Source of the DNA: Squalus acanthias
Taxonomy: Eukaryota
Reading direction: 5' to 3'
DNA: 64,000 nucleotides
NCBI GenBank assembly: GCA_030390025.1
Contig: CM059438.1
Location: 59,274,001 to 59,338,000, forward strand
Part shown: one piece after another, positions 38,296 to 50,300 of the stretch
Layout: each line of letters opens with the position of its first letter
How positions within the stretch are numbered: the first letter of the stretch is position 1
Program-made: the position numbers and the translations under genes
The notes under the pieces: generated by a model
What the model was told of the DNA's origin: nothing
Seen by the model: the letters and a program-made list of their open reading frames with translations, nothing else
Databases searched by the model: none

Positions 38296-38813
38296 CACCA
38301 CCATCGCAAACCCCGCACACCCGCTGTGTACACACCACCATCGCAAACCCCGCACACCCGCTGTGTACACACCACCATCGCAAACCCCGCACACCCGCTG
38401 TGTACACACCACCATCGCAAACCCCGCACACCCGCTGTGTACACACCACCATCGCAAACCCCGCACACCCGCTGTGTACACACCACCATCGCAAACCCCT
38501 CACACCCGCTGTGTACACACCACCATCGCAAACCCCGCACACCCGCTGTGTACACACCACCATCGCAAACCCCGCACACCCGCTGTGTACACACCACCAT
38601 CGCAAACCCCGCACACCCGCTGTGTACACACCACCATCGCAAACCCCGCACACCCGCTGTGTACACACCACCATCGCAAACCCCGCACACCCGCTGTGTA
38701 CACACCACCATCGCAAACCCCGCACACCCGCTGTGTACACACCACCATCGCAAACCCCGCACACCCGCTGTGTACACACCACCATCGCAAACCCCGCACA
38801 CCCGCTGTGTACA
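38296..38813. repeat. 37-bp minisatellite, 14 near-identical copies
   Basis: CACCACCATCGCAAACCCCGCACACCCGCTGTGTACA; period 37 (38304 and 38341). Confidence 0.98.
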
Positions 38814-39137
38814 CACCACACTCACCCCAACACTCTACACACCCGCTGTGTACACACCACACTCACCCCAACACTCTACACACCCTCTGTGTACACACCA
38901 CACTCACCCCAACACTCTACACACCCTCTGTGTACACACCACACTCACCCCAACACTCTACACACCCTCTGTGTACACACCACACTCACCCCAACACTCT
39001 ACACACCCTCTGTGTACACACCACACTCACCCCAACACTCTACACACCCGCTGTGTACACACCACACTCACCCCAACACTCTACACACCCGCTGTGTACA
39101 CACCACACTCACCCCAACACTCTACACACCCTCTGTG
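38814..39137. repeat. 41-bp minisatellite, ~8 copies
   Basis: CACCACACTCACCCCAACACTCTACACACCC(G/T)CTGTGTACA; period 41 (38821 and 38862). Confidence 0.98.
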
Positions 39138-39173
39138 CACGCAAACACCCAGGAATTCAGGAGGTACTTTTTT

Positions 39174-40065
39174 ACAACAACTTGTATTTATTTAGCATCT
39201 TTAACATAGTCAAATGTCTCAAGGCGTTTCACAGGAGTATTATCAAACAAAATTTGACACCCAGCCACATAAGGAGATATTGGGACAGAGAGATACATTT
39301 TAAGGAACGTCTTAAAGGAGGAGAGAGATGTAGAGAGGTTTAGGGAGGGAATTCCAGAGCTTAAGGCCTAGGCAACTGAAGGCACGGCCGCCAATGGTGG
39401 AGCGATTATAATCAGGGATGTGCAAGAGGCCAGAATTAAAGGAGCGCAGATATCTCAGGGGAGTTGTGGGGCTGGAGGAGATTACAGAGATAGGGAGGGG
39501 CGAGGCCATGGAGGGATTTGAAAACAAGGATGAGAATTTCAATATCGAGGCGTTGCTGAACCGGGAGCCAATGTAGGTCAGTGAGCACAGGGGTGATGGG
39601 TGAACGGGACTTGGTGCAAGTTAGGACACGGGCAGCCGAGCTTTGGATAACCTCAAGTTTACGGAGGGTGGAATGTGGGAGGCCAGCCAGGAATGCGTTG
39701 GAATAGTCAAGTCTGGAGGTAACAAAGGCATGGATGATGAACGCAGAGAAATCAGAGGGTTGTGGGGCTGAAGGAGATTCCAGAGATAGGGAGGGTTGAG
39801 GCAATGGAAGGATTTGAAAACAAGGATGGGAATTTTAAAATCTGGGTGTTACTGGACCGGGAGCCAATGTAGGTCAGCGAGCACAGGGGTGATGGCTGAC
39901 TGGTACTTGTTGCGAGTTAGGATACGGGCAGCAGAGTTTTGGATGAGTTAAAGTTTATGGAGGGTGGAAGATGGGCGGCCGGCCAGGAAAACATTGGAAT
40001 AGTCAAGTCTAGAGGTAACAAAGGCAGGGATGAGGGGTTTCAGCAGCGGATGAACTGAGGCCGGG
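39174..40065 (-). mobile_element. L2-clade LINE 3' portion, composite of two overlapping segments
   Basis: IHAFVTSRLDYSNAFLAGLP..IQSSAARVL..ITPVLTDLHWLPV and IGGRAFS..LWNSLP motifs; ACAACAAC tail at 39174. Confidence 0.92.
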
Positions 40066-40337
40066 TGGGGGGGGGGAGCGGAGGGTGGGGGGGGGGGAGC
40101 GGAGGGTGGGGGGGGGGGGAGCGGAGGGTGGTGGGGGAGCGGAGGGTGGGGGGGGTGAGCGGAGGGTGGGGGGGGAGCGGAGGGTGGGGGGGGAGCGGAG
40201 GATGGGGGGGTGAGCGGAGGGTGGGGGGGGAGCAGAGGGTGGGGGGGAGCGGAGGATGGGGGGAGCGGAGGATGGGGGGGTGAGCGGAGGGTGGGGGGGG
40301 AGCAGAGGGTGGGGGGGGAGCGGAGGATGGGGGGAGC
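40063..40337. repeat. G-rich ~18-21 bp low-complexity repeat (AGCGGAGGGTGn)
   Basis: About 14 units with variable G-run length. Confidence 0.93.
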
Positions 40338-40407
40338 ATAAACACTGGCACAGACCAGTTAGACCGAATGGCCTGTTTCTGTGCTGTACATTCTTTGCAA
40401 TTCTCTG
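40334..40407 (+). mobile_element. CR1-type 3' tail fragment
   Basis: GGAGCATAAACACTGGCACAGACCAGTT..CGAATGGCCTGTTTCTGTGCTGTA matches the tail at 6042-6100. Confidence 0.75.
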
Positions 40408-40704
40408 ATATTTATGTACAAATTAAAGCATGCCCCCCTCAGTATTAATTACTGACAGGATTAAAACCTTCCCATCCCATGCTACATAACAGTTACAGAG
40501 AGTCTGCACGTACGCTGTGAGTAGCCAATAGACTGCATCCACAGTTAAACTACGCTGGTTTCAGTCACGTGCTACAGGGTCAGGTACAAGCAGTGATGCA
40601 CTTTTGCGTGTGAAACACCCTGCAGATAGTGTGCCTGCCCAGGCCCAATAGCGTGTGCAGAGTCCTCATTTAAAGGTGATTGAATCTCTCAGAGAAAAAC
40701 TTAC

Positions 40705-40793
40705 CTCTCCTTTCCGACAGGAGGGTGGCAGGGTGGAGTTCAGGGGGAGAGGTGTCAGTCCCCTCGCTGCCGCTCCACTCCACTCTCCGTACA
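40705..40793 (-). CDS. Candidate 89-nt exon
   Basis: Branch-like GCTAAT, acceptor TGTTGTATCAG, consensus donor GAG/GTAAGT; open in two frames. Confidence 0.45.
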
Positions 40794-41052
40794 CTGATAC
40801 AACAGCCTCGATTAGCTCACCACCCCAACAAATGCCAAGGCTCTCTTTCCACCCAGATAGTGGTTAATACTGCTGTCAGAATGCTGCTGTCGAACCAGTC
40901 GCAACACGCTCTCCCCCTGTCATCCCACACCCGGCTAACCCTGCCTGTGGCCTGGGGCAGCCCGAATGCAAATCGCTTCTCTCAACAACAACATTCTGCC
41001 GTTTTCTGTGCAGGCTTTTTATTTGCTGGGGGGGGGTTTGCTTTTTATTTAC

Positions 41053-41119
41053 CTGACTTTGTTGTGGCTCCGGCTGCTTCACACTCTAACAGCTTCAACC
41101 TCTGCTCACAATTCAGATC
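41053..41119 (-). CDS. Candidate 67-nt exon (DLNCEQRLKLLECEAAGATTKS)
   Basis: Acceptor ..GTTGTGGGCAG (weak) and donor CAG/GTAAAT; open in phase 0 to 1. Confidence 0.35.
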
Positions 41120-41236
41120 CTGCCCACAACCCACAGGGGAGATGCTTGGGACACTGTCCCTTTAAGACATTCTGGTCCCGAACATTGCGTCCCCTCCCCC
41201 TCCCCCTCCCCCCAATCTGTCTGTTGCACTTTCTCC

Positions 41237-41700
41237 AAAGAAAGAATTTCTACAGCACCTTCCACAACCTCAGGATCTTCCAAAGCGCTTTACAGCCAAT
41301 GAAGTACTTTTGAAGTGTAGTCGCTGTTGTAATGTAGGAAACGCAGCAGCCAATTTGCGCACAGCAAGCTCCCACAAACAGCAATGCGATAATGACCAGA
41401 TAATCTGTTTATTTTTAATGATGTTGGTTGAGGGATAAATATTGGCCAGGACACCGGGGATAATGCCCTTGCTCTTCTTCAGGAAGTGCCATGGCATCTT
41501 TTACGTCCACCTGAGAGAATAGACGGGGCCTCGGTTTAATGTCACATCCGAAAGACGGCACCTCCGACAGTGCAGCACTCCCTCAGCACTGCGCTGGGAG
41601 TGTCGGCCTAGATTACGTGCTCAAGTCTCTGGAGGGGGAGCTTAAACCCTCGACTTTCTGACTCAGAGGCGAGAGTGCGGCCCACTGAGCCAGGGCTGAC
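41237..41700 (-). mobile_element. Full-length tRNA-derived Deu-domain SINE (SacSINE1-like)
   Basis: Minus-strand head GTCAGCCCTGGCTCAGTGG (A box) with B-box-like GGTTTAAGC; Deu-like core GGTGCCGTCTTTCGGATG..TAAACCGAGGCCCC; homologous to 43235-43698. Confidence 0.85.
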
Positions 41701-41883
41701 CCCTGCGGTGCCGACACTAACGGGGCTCCAAGCTACACCAGGCCAGAGAAGGAATCAGGAAGCTCTGTGGAAGCTGTGAGGTGGGACTCCACTCCGAGAA
41801 TGAGGAACAACCGTCCAGGGCAAGTTACTCTTCCCCAACACACAAAGCACCTTGGCGTCAGAGTCATCACGGGTCAAACTCAC

Positions 41884-41941
41884 ACCGGCGGAGGTCTTGA
41901 AATCACGTGAGCTCCAGTTGGTGATCGGAGAGGCCTGGTCA
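41884..41941 (-). CDS. Candidate 58-nt exon
   Basis: Acceptor TCATTCTGGTTGCAG, donor GTGAGT; open as DQASPITNWSSRDFKTSAG in phase 2 to 0. Confidence 0.3.
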
Positions 41942-42036
41942 CTGCAACCAGAATGACCTTAACCGGCATGCCTTAGAGGCTGAGCACAGGAGGTAGGCCC
42001 GTCCCCTCCACCTCTCTCGGCTCTGCTCCCACTCAC

Positions 42037-42086
42037 CACGCTGCTACTGCTGCTGCTCCTGGCTCGGCAGAAAATAACAACAAACA
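42037..42086 (-). CDS. Candidate 50-nt exon
   Basis: Acceptor TATTTATTTCAG, donor GTG/GTGAGT; open as FVVIFCRARSSSSSSV or CLLLFSAEPGAAAVAA. Confidence 0.4.
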
Positions 42087-42099
42087 CTGAAATAAATAT

Positions 42100-42796
42100 G
42101 TAAATTTGCAGGGCTCTGGGGAAAGAGCAGGGGAGTGAGACTAATTGGAGAGCTCTTTCAAAGAGCCGGCACAGGCACGCTGGTCCACAGGATTACATAG
42201 GATATACGGCACAGAAACAGGCCATTCGGCCCAACCAGTCCATGCCGGCGTTTATGCTCCACTCGAGCCTCCTCCCGTCTTTCCTCATCTAAATCTATCA
42301 GCATAACCCTCTATTCCCTTCTCCCTCATATGCTCATCTAGCTTCCCCTTAAATGCATCGATACTATTCGCCTCAACCACTCCCTGTGGTAGCGAGTTCC
42401 ACATTCTCACCACTCTTTGGGTAAAGAGGTTTCTTCTGAATTCCCGATTGGATTTCTTGGTGACTATCTTATATTGATGGCCTCTAGTTATGCTCTTCCC
42501 CACAAGTGGAAACATTCTCTCTGTATCCATTTTATCAAAATTTTTCATAATTTTAAAGACCTCTATTAGGTCACCCCTCAGCCTTCTTTTTCAAGAGAAA
42601 AGAGACCTAGCCTGTTCATCCTTTCCTGATATGTATACCCTCGCATTTCTGGTATCATCCTTGTAAATCTTCTCTGCACCCTCTCCAGTGCCTCTATATC
42701 CTTTTTAAAATATGGTGACCAGAACTGTACGCAGTACTCTAAGTGTGGTCTAACCAAGGTTCGAATGGCCTCCTTCTGTGCTGTAAGATTGTGTGA
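42100..42796 (+). mobile_element. Short CR1-type 3' fragment (42100-42185 joined to 42762-42796) split by a nested opposite-strand CR1
   Basis: GCAGGGCTCTGGGGAAAGAGCAGGGGAGTG..AGAGCCGGCACAGGC then CGAATGGCCTCCTTCTGTGCTGTAA, the reverse complement of the 3' end seen at 3825-3930. Confidence 0.8.
42186..42761 (-). mobile_element. 5'-truncated CR1 LINE
   Basis: [27 protein letters not shown] and RRNLFTQRVVRMWNSLP in two frames; tail at ~42186-42205. Confidence 0.93.
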
Positions 42797-43234
42797 AATC
42801 CAGCCCCTGGTTTGAGGCCGAGCTTCATCCCTGCCCTCACAGCATACGTTGCACCCAAGCATCATTAGTCGGCATAGCAACCAAATCACCGTACAACAAC
42901 AACTTGCATTTGTATAGTGCCTTTAACGCGAGCTGGATTCAGAAATATTCAGGAGTCAGGACACGTTAGGGCCCCCTCACAGCTACACAGAAAATACTGG
43001 ACCTCACTCCCACCCCATTCCCCAGCCTCCCTCTCTCCCCCCTGTCCCCCCGCTACAAGCACCCGGGAGATTCATGCCCCGTTCCGGGAGATTCACAGGC
43101 AATCAGGATGGTTGCACCCCTGGTGTGGATTCACCATCCCGTTAAACACGCCCGATGGCACAAATCAATGCCGCCTGCCGAAACGGAGAGGGACGATATT
43201 ATCAGGGCACCAACTAAACTGGGGGGCTGCGCGG

Positions 43235-43373
43235 GGTCAAGTGCGACCCAGTGGGCAGCACTCTCGCCTCCGAGTCATTGGTCAGCAGCTCAAACCCAAA
43301 TTCAGGACCTGAGCCCATAATCCAGGCTGACATTCCCAGTGCGGTGCCGAGGGAGCGCCGCACTGTCGGAGGT

Positions 43374-43404
<31 letters not shown>

Positions 43405-43698
43405 ACCCCTCTGCCCTCTCAGGGGGACGTAAAAGTTCCCGTGGCGATATTTGAAGAAGAGCAGCGGAGTTCGCCCCGGTGTCCTGGTCAATATTACTCC
43501 CCCAACCAACATCACCAAAAGAGATTATCTGGTCATTTATCATTGGGCATTGCAGTTTGTGGGAGCTTGCTGTGCTCATATTGGCTGGTGTGTATCTAAA
43601 TTACAACAGAGACTAAAAGTACTTCATTGGCTGCAACACACTTCTGGATGTCCTGAGGTTGTGAAAGGCGCGATAGAAATGTAAGGACTTTTTTCTTT
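43235..43698 (+). mobile_element. Deu-domain SINE, same family as 41237-41700
   Basis: CAGTGGGCAGCACTCTCGCCTCCGAGTCA head, GCACTGTCGGAGGTGCCGTCTTTCGGATG core, T-rich tail. Confidence 0.85.
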
Positions 43699-44174
43699 CC
43701 CGCTTTGGGGGCATGCAGACAGTAACTTTGAGGAAGGAAGCTGGTTTTTACTGCAACAACCTGCAACAAGCGGACTCAGCCGTTTATTTTAAGCTGCCCT
43801 GTTCTGTACCCCTCCCCCCGCCCCCACAATCACACAATCAGGGAACAGAGCCAGAGAGTATCACAAGACCAGGCTCTCACAGCGAGAGGAGGCGGTCGGA
43901 GGAATGATTGGGAGATGTAAAGGGGGGGATTAATTCTAAACAGAAAGCTCATCAAATGAGCAGCAGAGCAGACCTTGTGTCGGCAATAACTCTCTCCGGG
44001 ATTGTCCCCCACGACATTAACTGGAGGCCAGTGGAAGCAGCTAACACACATGTGGAATACTAATGTGATTCAAACGCTTGGCCCACCAACTCGGCATTGT
44101 ACAAACCGACAGGAGCCAGCACTGACTGCCACAGTTCCCTGCACCCCCATCCCAACCAGTCTGCTGCCGATGTA

Positions 44175-44580
44175 CGGCCCCTCTCCCAACCCCTCCCCAA
44201 CCCCACCCCTCCCCAACACCTCCCCTCCCACTCCAACACTTCCTCTCCACACCCCACCACACTTGCTGCTTCCCTTCCCCACCCACTCACCCTCCCCTCG
44301 CCATCACCTTCCCCGGTCCAACTCCGCTCCCTTCACTGCTCCCTCACTCCTCCCCTTCACCCTTCCCTCCCTTCCAATATCTCCCCTCCCCTACTCCACA
44401 CCTCCCCCGACCTCCCCAACAAACATCAGCCCTCCCCACAACCTCCCCATCACCACTGACACTCAAATATCCCCCATCCGCCCATGACTCCCCCAGCCCT
44501 CCTCTCCGTCGCCAACACTGCCCCTCTCCCTTCCCCTTCCCTCTGCTCCCCTACACAGCCCCTACCCCTCACCTCCCACA
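44175..44580. other. C-rich low-complexity tract
   Basis: Irregular C runs with no fixed period. Confidence 0.8.
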
Positions 44581-44750
44581 CACCGCTCGCCAGGAACACA
44601 GACTGAGTCAAGGCAACTCCGAAGGTTATTTGGAGAGAGGGTGTGGCCAAGTGAGAAAGGCAGTGTGAAACGTCAACCGACAGCCTGATTACAATTGTCA
44701 CCAGTAGCAATTCCGCTTCAAACATCACCCCTCACATCAACAACAGCAGC

Positions 44751-46833
44751 ACTGTGGGGGGACAGTGACAGTACTGTGGGGGGGACAGTGACAGTACTGT
44801 GGGGGGGACAGTGACAGTACTGTGGGGGGGGAGTGACAGTACTGTGGGGGGGAGTGACAGTACTGTGGGGGGGGACAGTGACAGTACTGTGGGGGGGACA
44901 GTGACAGTACTGTGGGGGGGACAGTGACAGTACTGTGGGGGGGACAGTGACAGTACTGTGGGGGGGACAGTGACAGTACTGTGGGGGGGACAGTGACAGT
45001 ACTGTGGGGGGGACAGTGACAGTACTGTGGGGGGGACAGTGACAGTACTGTGGGGGGGGAGTGACAGTACTGTGGGGGGGACAGTGACAGTACTGTGGGG
45101 GGGACAGTGACAGTACTGTGGGGGGGACAGTGACAGTACTGTGGGGGGGACAGTGACAGTACTGTGGGGGGGACAGTGACAGTACTGTGGGGGGGACAGT
45201 GACAGTACTGTGGGGGGGGACAGTGACAGTACTGTGGGGGGGACAGTGACAGTACTGTGGGGGGGAGTGACAGTACTGTGGGGGGGACAGTGACAGTACT
45301 GTGGGGGGGGAGTGACAGTACTGTGGGGGGGGAGTGACAGTACTGTGGGGGGGGAGTGACAGTACTGTGGGGGGGACAGTGACAGTACTGTGGGGGGGAC
45401 AGTGACAGTACTGTGGGGGGGACAGTGACAGTACTGTGGGGGGGACAGTGACAGTACTGTGGGGGGGACAGTGACAGTACTGTGGGGGGACAGTGACAGT
45501 ACTGTGGGGGGGACAGTGACAGTACTGTGGGGGGGACAGTGACAGTACTGTGGGGGGGGACAGTGACAGTACTGTGGGGGGGACAGTGACAGTACTGTGG
45601 GGGGGGAGTGACAGTACTGTGGGGGGACAGTGACAGTACTGTGGGGGGGACAGTGACAGTACTGTGGGGGGACAGTGACAGTACTGTGGGGGGACAGTGA
45701 CAGTAATGTGGGGGGGACAGTGACAGTACTGTGGGGGGGGACAGTGACAGTACTGTGGGGGGGACAGTGACAGTACTGTGGGGGGGAGTGACAGTACTGT
45801 GGGGGGGGACAGTGACAGTACTGTGGGGGGGGACAGTGACAGTACTGTGGGGGGGAGTGACAGTACTGTGGGGGGGAGTGACAGTACTGTGGGGGGACAG
45901 TGACAGTACTGTGGGGGGGAGTGACAGTACTGTGGGGGGGGAGTGACAGTACTGTGGGGGGGAGTGACAGTACTGTGGGGGGGACAGTGACAGTACTGTG
46001 GGGGGACAGTGACAGTACTGTGGGGGGGACAGTGACAGTACTGTGGGGGGGACAGTGACAGTACTGTGGGGGGGGACAGTGACAGTACTGTGGGGGGACA
46101 GTGACAGTACTGTGGGGGGGACAGTGACAGTACTGTGGGGGGGACAGTGACAGTACTGTGGGGGGGACAGTGACAGTACTGTGGGGGGGACAGTGACAGT
46201 ACTGTGGGGGGGACAGTGACAGTACTGTGGGGGGGACAGTGACAGTACTGTGGGGGGGACAGTGACAGTACTGTGGGGGGGACAGTGACAGTACTGTGGG
46301 GGGGACAGTGACAGTACTGTGGGGGGGACAGTGACAGTACTGTGGGGGGGGACAGTGACAGTACTGTGGGGGGGACAGTGACAGTACTGTGGGGGGGACA
46401 GTGACAGTACTGTGGGGGGGAGTGACAGTACTGTGGGGGGGGACAGTGACAGTACTGTGGGGGGGACAGTGACAGTACTGTGGGGGGGACAGTGACAGTA
46501 CTGTGGGGGGGACAGTGACAGTACTGTGGGGGGGACAGTGACAGTACTGTGGGGGGGACAGTGACAGTACTGTGGGGGGGGACAGTGACAGTACTGTGGG
46601 GGGGACAGTGACAGTACTGTGGGGGGGACAGTGACAGTACTGTGGGGGGGACAGTGACAGTACTGTGGGGGGGACAGTGACAGTACTGTGGGGGGGACAG
46701 TGACAGTACTGTGGGGGGGACAGTGACAGTACTGTGGGGGGGACAGTGACAGTACTGTGGGGGGGACAGTGACAGTACTGTGGGGGGGACAGTGACAGTA
46801 CTGTGGGGGGGACAGTGACAGTACTGTGGGGGG
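44751..46833. repeat. ~23-bp minisatellite, ~90 copies, truncated by the gap
   Basis: G6-9-ACAGTGACAGTACTGT, with variants lacking CA; contains the palindrome ACAGTACTGT. Confidence 0.98.
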
Positions 46834-47333
46834 NNNNNNNNNNNNNNNNNNNNNNNNNNNNNNNNNNNNNNNNNNNNNNNNNNNNNNNNNNNNNNNNNNN
46901 NNNNNNNNNNNNNNNNNNNNNNNNNNNNNNNNNNNNNNNNNNNNNNNNNNNNNNNNNNNNNNNNNNNNNNNNNNNNNNNNNNNNNNNNNNNNNNNNNNNN
47001 NNNNNNNNNNNNNNNNNNNNNNNNNNNNNNNNNNNNNNNNNNNNNNNNNNNNNNNNNNNNNNNNNNNNNNNNNNNNNNNNNNNNNNNNNNNNNNNNNNNN
47101 NNNNNNNNNNNNNNNNNNNNNNNNNNNNNNNNNNNNNNNNNNNNNNNNNNNNNNNNNNNNNNNNNNNNNNNNNNNNNNNNNNNNNNNNNNNNNNNNNNNN
47201 NNNNNNNNNNNNNNNNNNNNNNNNNNNNNNNNNNNNNNNNNNNNNNNNNNNNNNNNNNNNNNNNNNNNNNNNNNNNNNNNNNNNNNNNNNNNNNNNNNNN
47301 NNNNNNNNNNNNNNNNNNNNNNNNNNNNNNNNN
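46834..47333. other. Assembly gap (500 N)
   Basis: Exactly 500 N with different satellites on each side, so true size and adjacency are unverified. Confidence 0.99.
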
Positions 47334-50300
47334 GTGCTGGTTTATTGATGATACGGTCCTGGTTTATTAATGATATGGTGATGGTTTATTGATGATACGG
47401 TCCAGTTTTATTGATGATACAGTTCTGGTTTATTGATGATACAGTCCTGGTTTATTGATGATACGGTCCTGGTTTATTGATGATACGGTGCTGGTTTATT
47501 GATGATACGGTCCTGGTTTATTGATGTTACGGTCCTGGTTTATTGATGATACAGTTCTGGTTTATTGATGATACAGTCCTGGTTTATTGATGATACTGTC
47601 CTGGTTTATTGATGATACGGTCCTGTTTTATTGATGATACGGTCCTGGTTTATTGATGATACGGTCCTGGTTTATTGATGTTGCGATCCTGGTTTATTGA
47701 TGATCCGGACCTGGTTTATTGATGATCCGGAGCTGGTTTATTGATGATACGGTCCTGGTTTATTGATGATCCGGTCCTGGTTTATTGATGATACGGTCCT
47801 GGTTTATTGATGATACAGTCCTGGTTTATTGATGATCTGTTCCGGGTTTATTGATAATCCGGTCGTGGTTTATTGATGATCCGTTCCTGGTTTATTGATG
47901 ATACGGTCCTGGTTTATTGATGATACCATCCTGGTTTATTGATGATCCGATCCTGGTTTATTGATGATCCGGTGCTGGTTTATTGATGATACCGTCCTTG
48001 TTTATTGATGATACGGGCCTGGTTTATTGATGATACGGTGCTGGTTTATTGATGATACGGTCCTGGTTTATTGATGATACCATCCTGGTTTATTGATGAT
48101 CCGATCCTGGTTTATTGATGATACCGTCCTTGTTTATTGATGATACGGTCCTGGTTTATTGATGATACGGTCCTGGTTTATTGATGATACGGTGCTGGTT
48201 TATTGATGATACGGTCCTGGTTTATTGATTATACGGTGCTGGTTTATTGATGATCCGGTCCTGGTTTATTGATGATACGATCCTGGTTTATTAATGATCC
48301 GGTGCTGGTTTATTGATGATCCGGTCCTGGTTTATTGATGATATGATCCTGGTTTATTGATGATACGGTCCTGGTTTATTGATGATACGGTGCTGGTTTA
48401 TTGATGATACGGTCCTGGTTTATTGATGATACGGTCCTGGTTTATTGATGATCCGGTGCTGGTTTATTGATGATCCGGTCCTGGTTTATTGATGATATGA
48501 TCCTGGTTTATTGATGATAAGGTGCTGGTTTATTGATGATCCGGTCCTGGTTTATTGATGATACGGTCCTGGTTTATTGATGATACGGTGCTGGTTTATT
48601 GATGATACGGTCCTGGTTTATTGATGATACGGTCCTGGTTTATTGATGATACGGTCCTGGTTTATTGATGATACGGTGCTGGTTTATTGATGATGCGGTC
48701 CTGGTTTATTGATGATACGATCCTGGTTTATTGATGATACGATGCTGGTTTATTGATGATACGGTGCTGGTTTATTGGTGATACAGTCCTGGTTTATTGA
48801 TGATATGATCGTGGTTTATTGATGATCCGGTGCTGGTTTATTGATGATACGGTCCTGGTTTATTGGTGATACGTTGCTGGTTTATTGATGATACGGTCCT
48901 GGTTTATTGATGATACGGTCCTGGTTTATTGATGATACGGTCCTGGTTTATTGATGATACGGTTGCTGGTTTTTTGATGATACAGTGATGGTTTATTGAT
49001 GATACGGTGCTGGTTTATTGATGATACGGTGCTGGTTTATTGATGATACGGTCCTGGTTTATTGATGATACGGTCCTGGTTTATTGATGATACGGTGCTG
49101 GTTTATTGATGATACGGTCCTGGTTTATTGATTATACGGTGCTGGTTTATTGATGATCCGGTCCTGGTTTATTGATGATATGATCCTGGTTTATTAATGA
49201 TCCGGTGCTGGTTTATTGATGATCCGGTCCTGGTTTATTGATGATATGATCCTGGTTTATTGATGATACGGTGCTGGTTTATTGATGATACGGTCCTGGT
49301 TTATTGATGATACGGTCCTGGTTTATTGATGATCCGGTGCTGGTTTATTGATGATCCGGTCCTGGTTTATTGATGATATGATCCGGTTTATTGATGATAC
49401 GGTGCTGGTTTATTGATGATCCGGTCCTGGTTTATTGATGATACGGTCCTGGTTTATTGATGATACGGTGCTAGTTTATTGATGATACGGTCCTGGTTTA
49501 TTGATGATACGGTCCTGGTTTATTGATGATACGGTCCTGGTTTATTGATGATACGGTGCTGGTTTATTGATGATATGATCCTGGTTTATTGATGATATGA
49601 TCCTGGTTTATTGATGATCCGGTGCTGGTTTATTGATGATACGGTCCTGGTTTATTTATGATACGATCCTGGTTTATTGATGATACAGTCCTGGTTTATT
49701 GATGATACGGTGCTTGTTTATTGATGATTCGGTCCTGGTTTATTGATGATATGATCCTGGTTTATTGGTGATCCGGTGCTGGTTTATTGATGATACGGTC
49801 CTGGTTTATTGGTGATACGGTGCTGGTTTATTGATGATCCGGTGCTGGTTTATTGATGATCCGGTCCTGGTTTATTGATGATATGATCCTGGTTTATTGA
49901 TGATACGGTGCTGGTTTATTGATGATCCGGTCCTGGTTTATTGATGATACGGTCCTGGTTTATTGATGATACGGTGCTAGTTTATTGATGATACGGTCCT
50001 GGTTTATTGATGATACGGTCCTGGTTTATTGATGATACGGTCCCTGGTTATTGATGATACGGTGCTGGTTTATTGATGATATGATCCTGGTTTATTGATG
50101 CTATGATCCTGGTTTATTGATGATCCGGTGCTGGTTTATTGATGATACGGTCCTGGTTTATTGATGATACGATCCTGGTTTATTGATGATACAGTCCTGG
50201 TTTATTGATGATACGGTGCTTGTTTATTGATGATTCGGTCCTGGTTTATTGATGATATGATCCTGGTTTATTGGTGATCCGGTGCTGGTTTATTGATGAT

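Noticed and set aside
38296..39137. CRISPR-like repeat length with a palindromic core
   Set aside because: Units are contiguous and identical with no unique spacers, there are no cas genes, and the context is eukaryotic.
38120..39343. Long His/Thr/Pro-rich and Cys/Gly/Val-rich ORFs in all six frames
   Set aside because: They arise from stop-free 37/41-bp repeat units whose lengths are not multiples of three.
40040..40351. Pro-rich and Gly-rich ORFs (also 44002-44487)
   Set aside because: Translations of G/C low-complexity tracts.
41625..41700. tRNA gene
   Set aside because: A and B boxes belong to a SINE head; no full cloverleaf and no T-run terminator.
44573..44728. Possible upstream exon (MFEAELLLVTIVIRL..GVWE followed by GTGAGG)
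   Set aside because: A donor-like site exists, but there is no convincing acceptor with an open frame and no homology evidence; left unassigned.
46803..47392. ORFs of 181 and 188 aa
   Set aside because: They consist almost entirely of the N gap.
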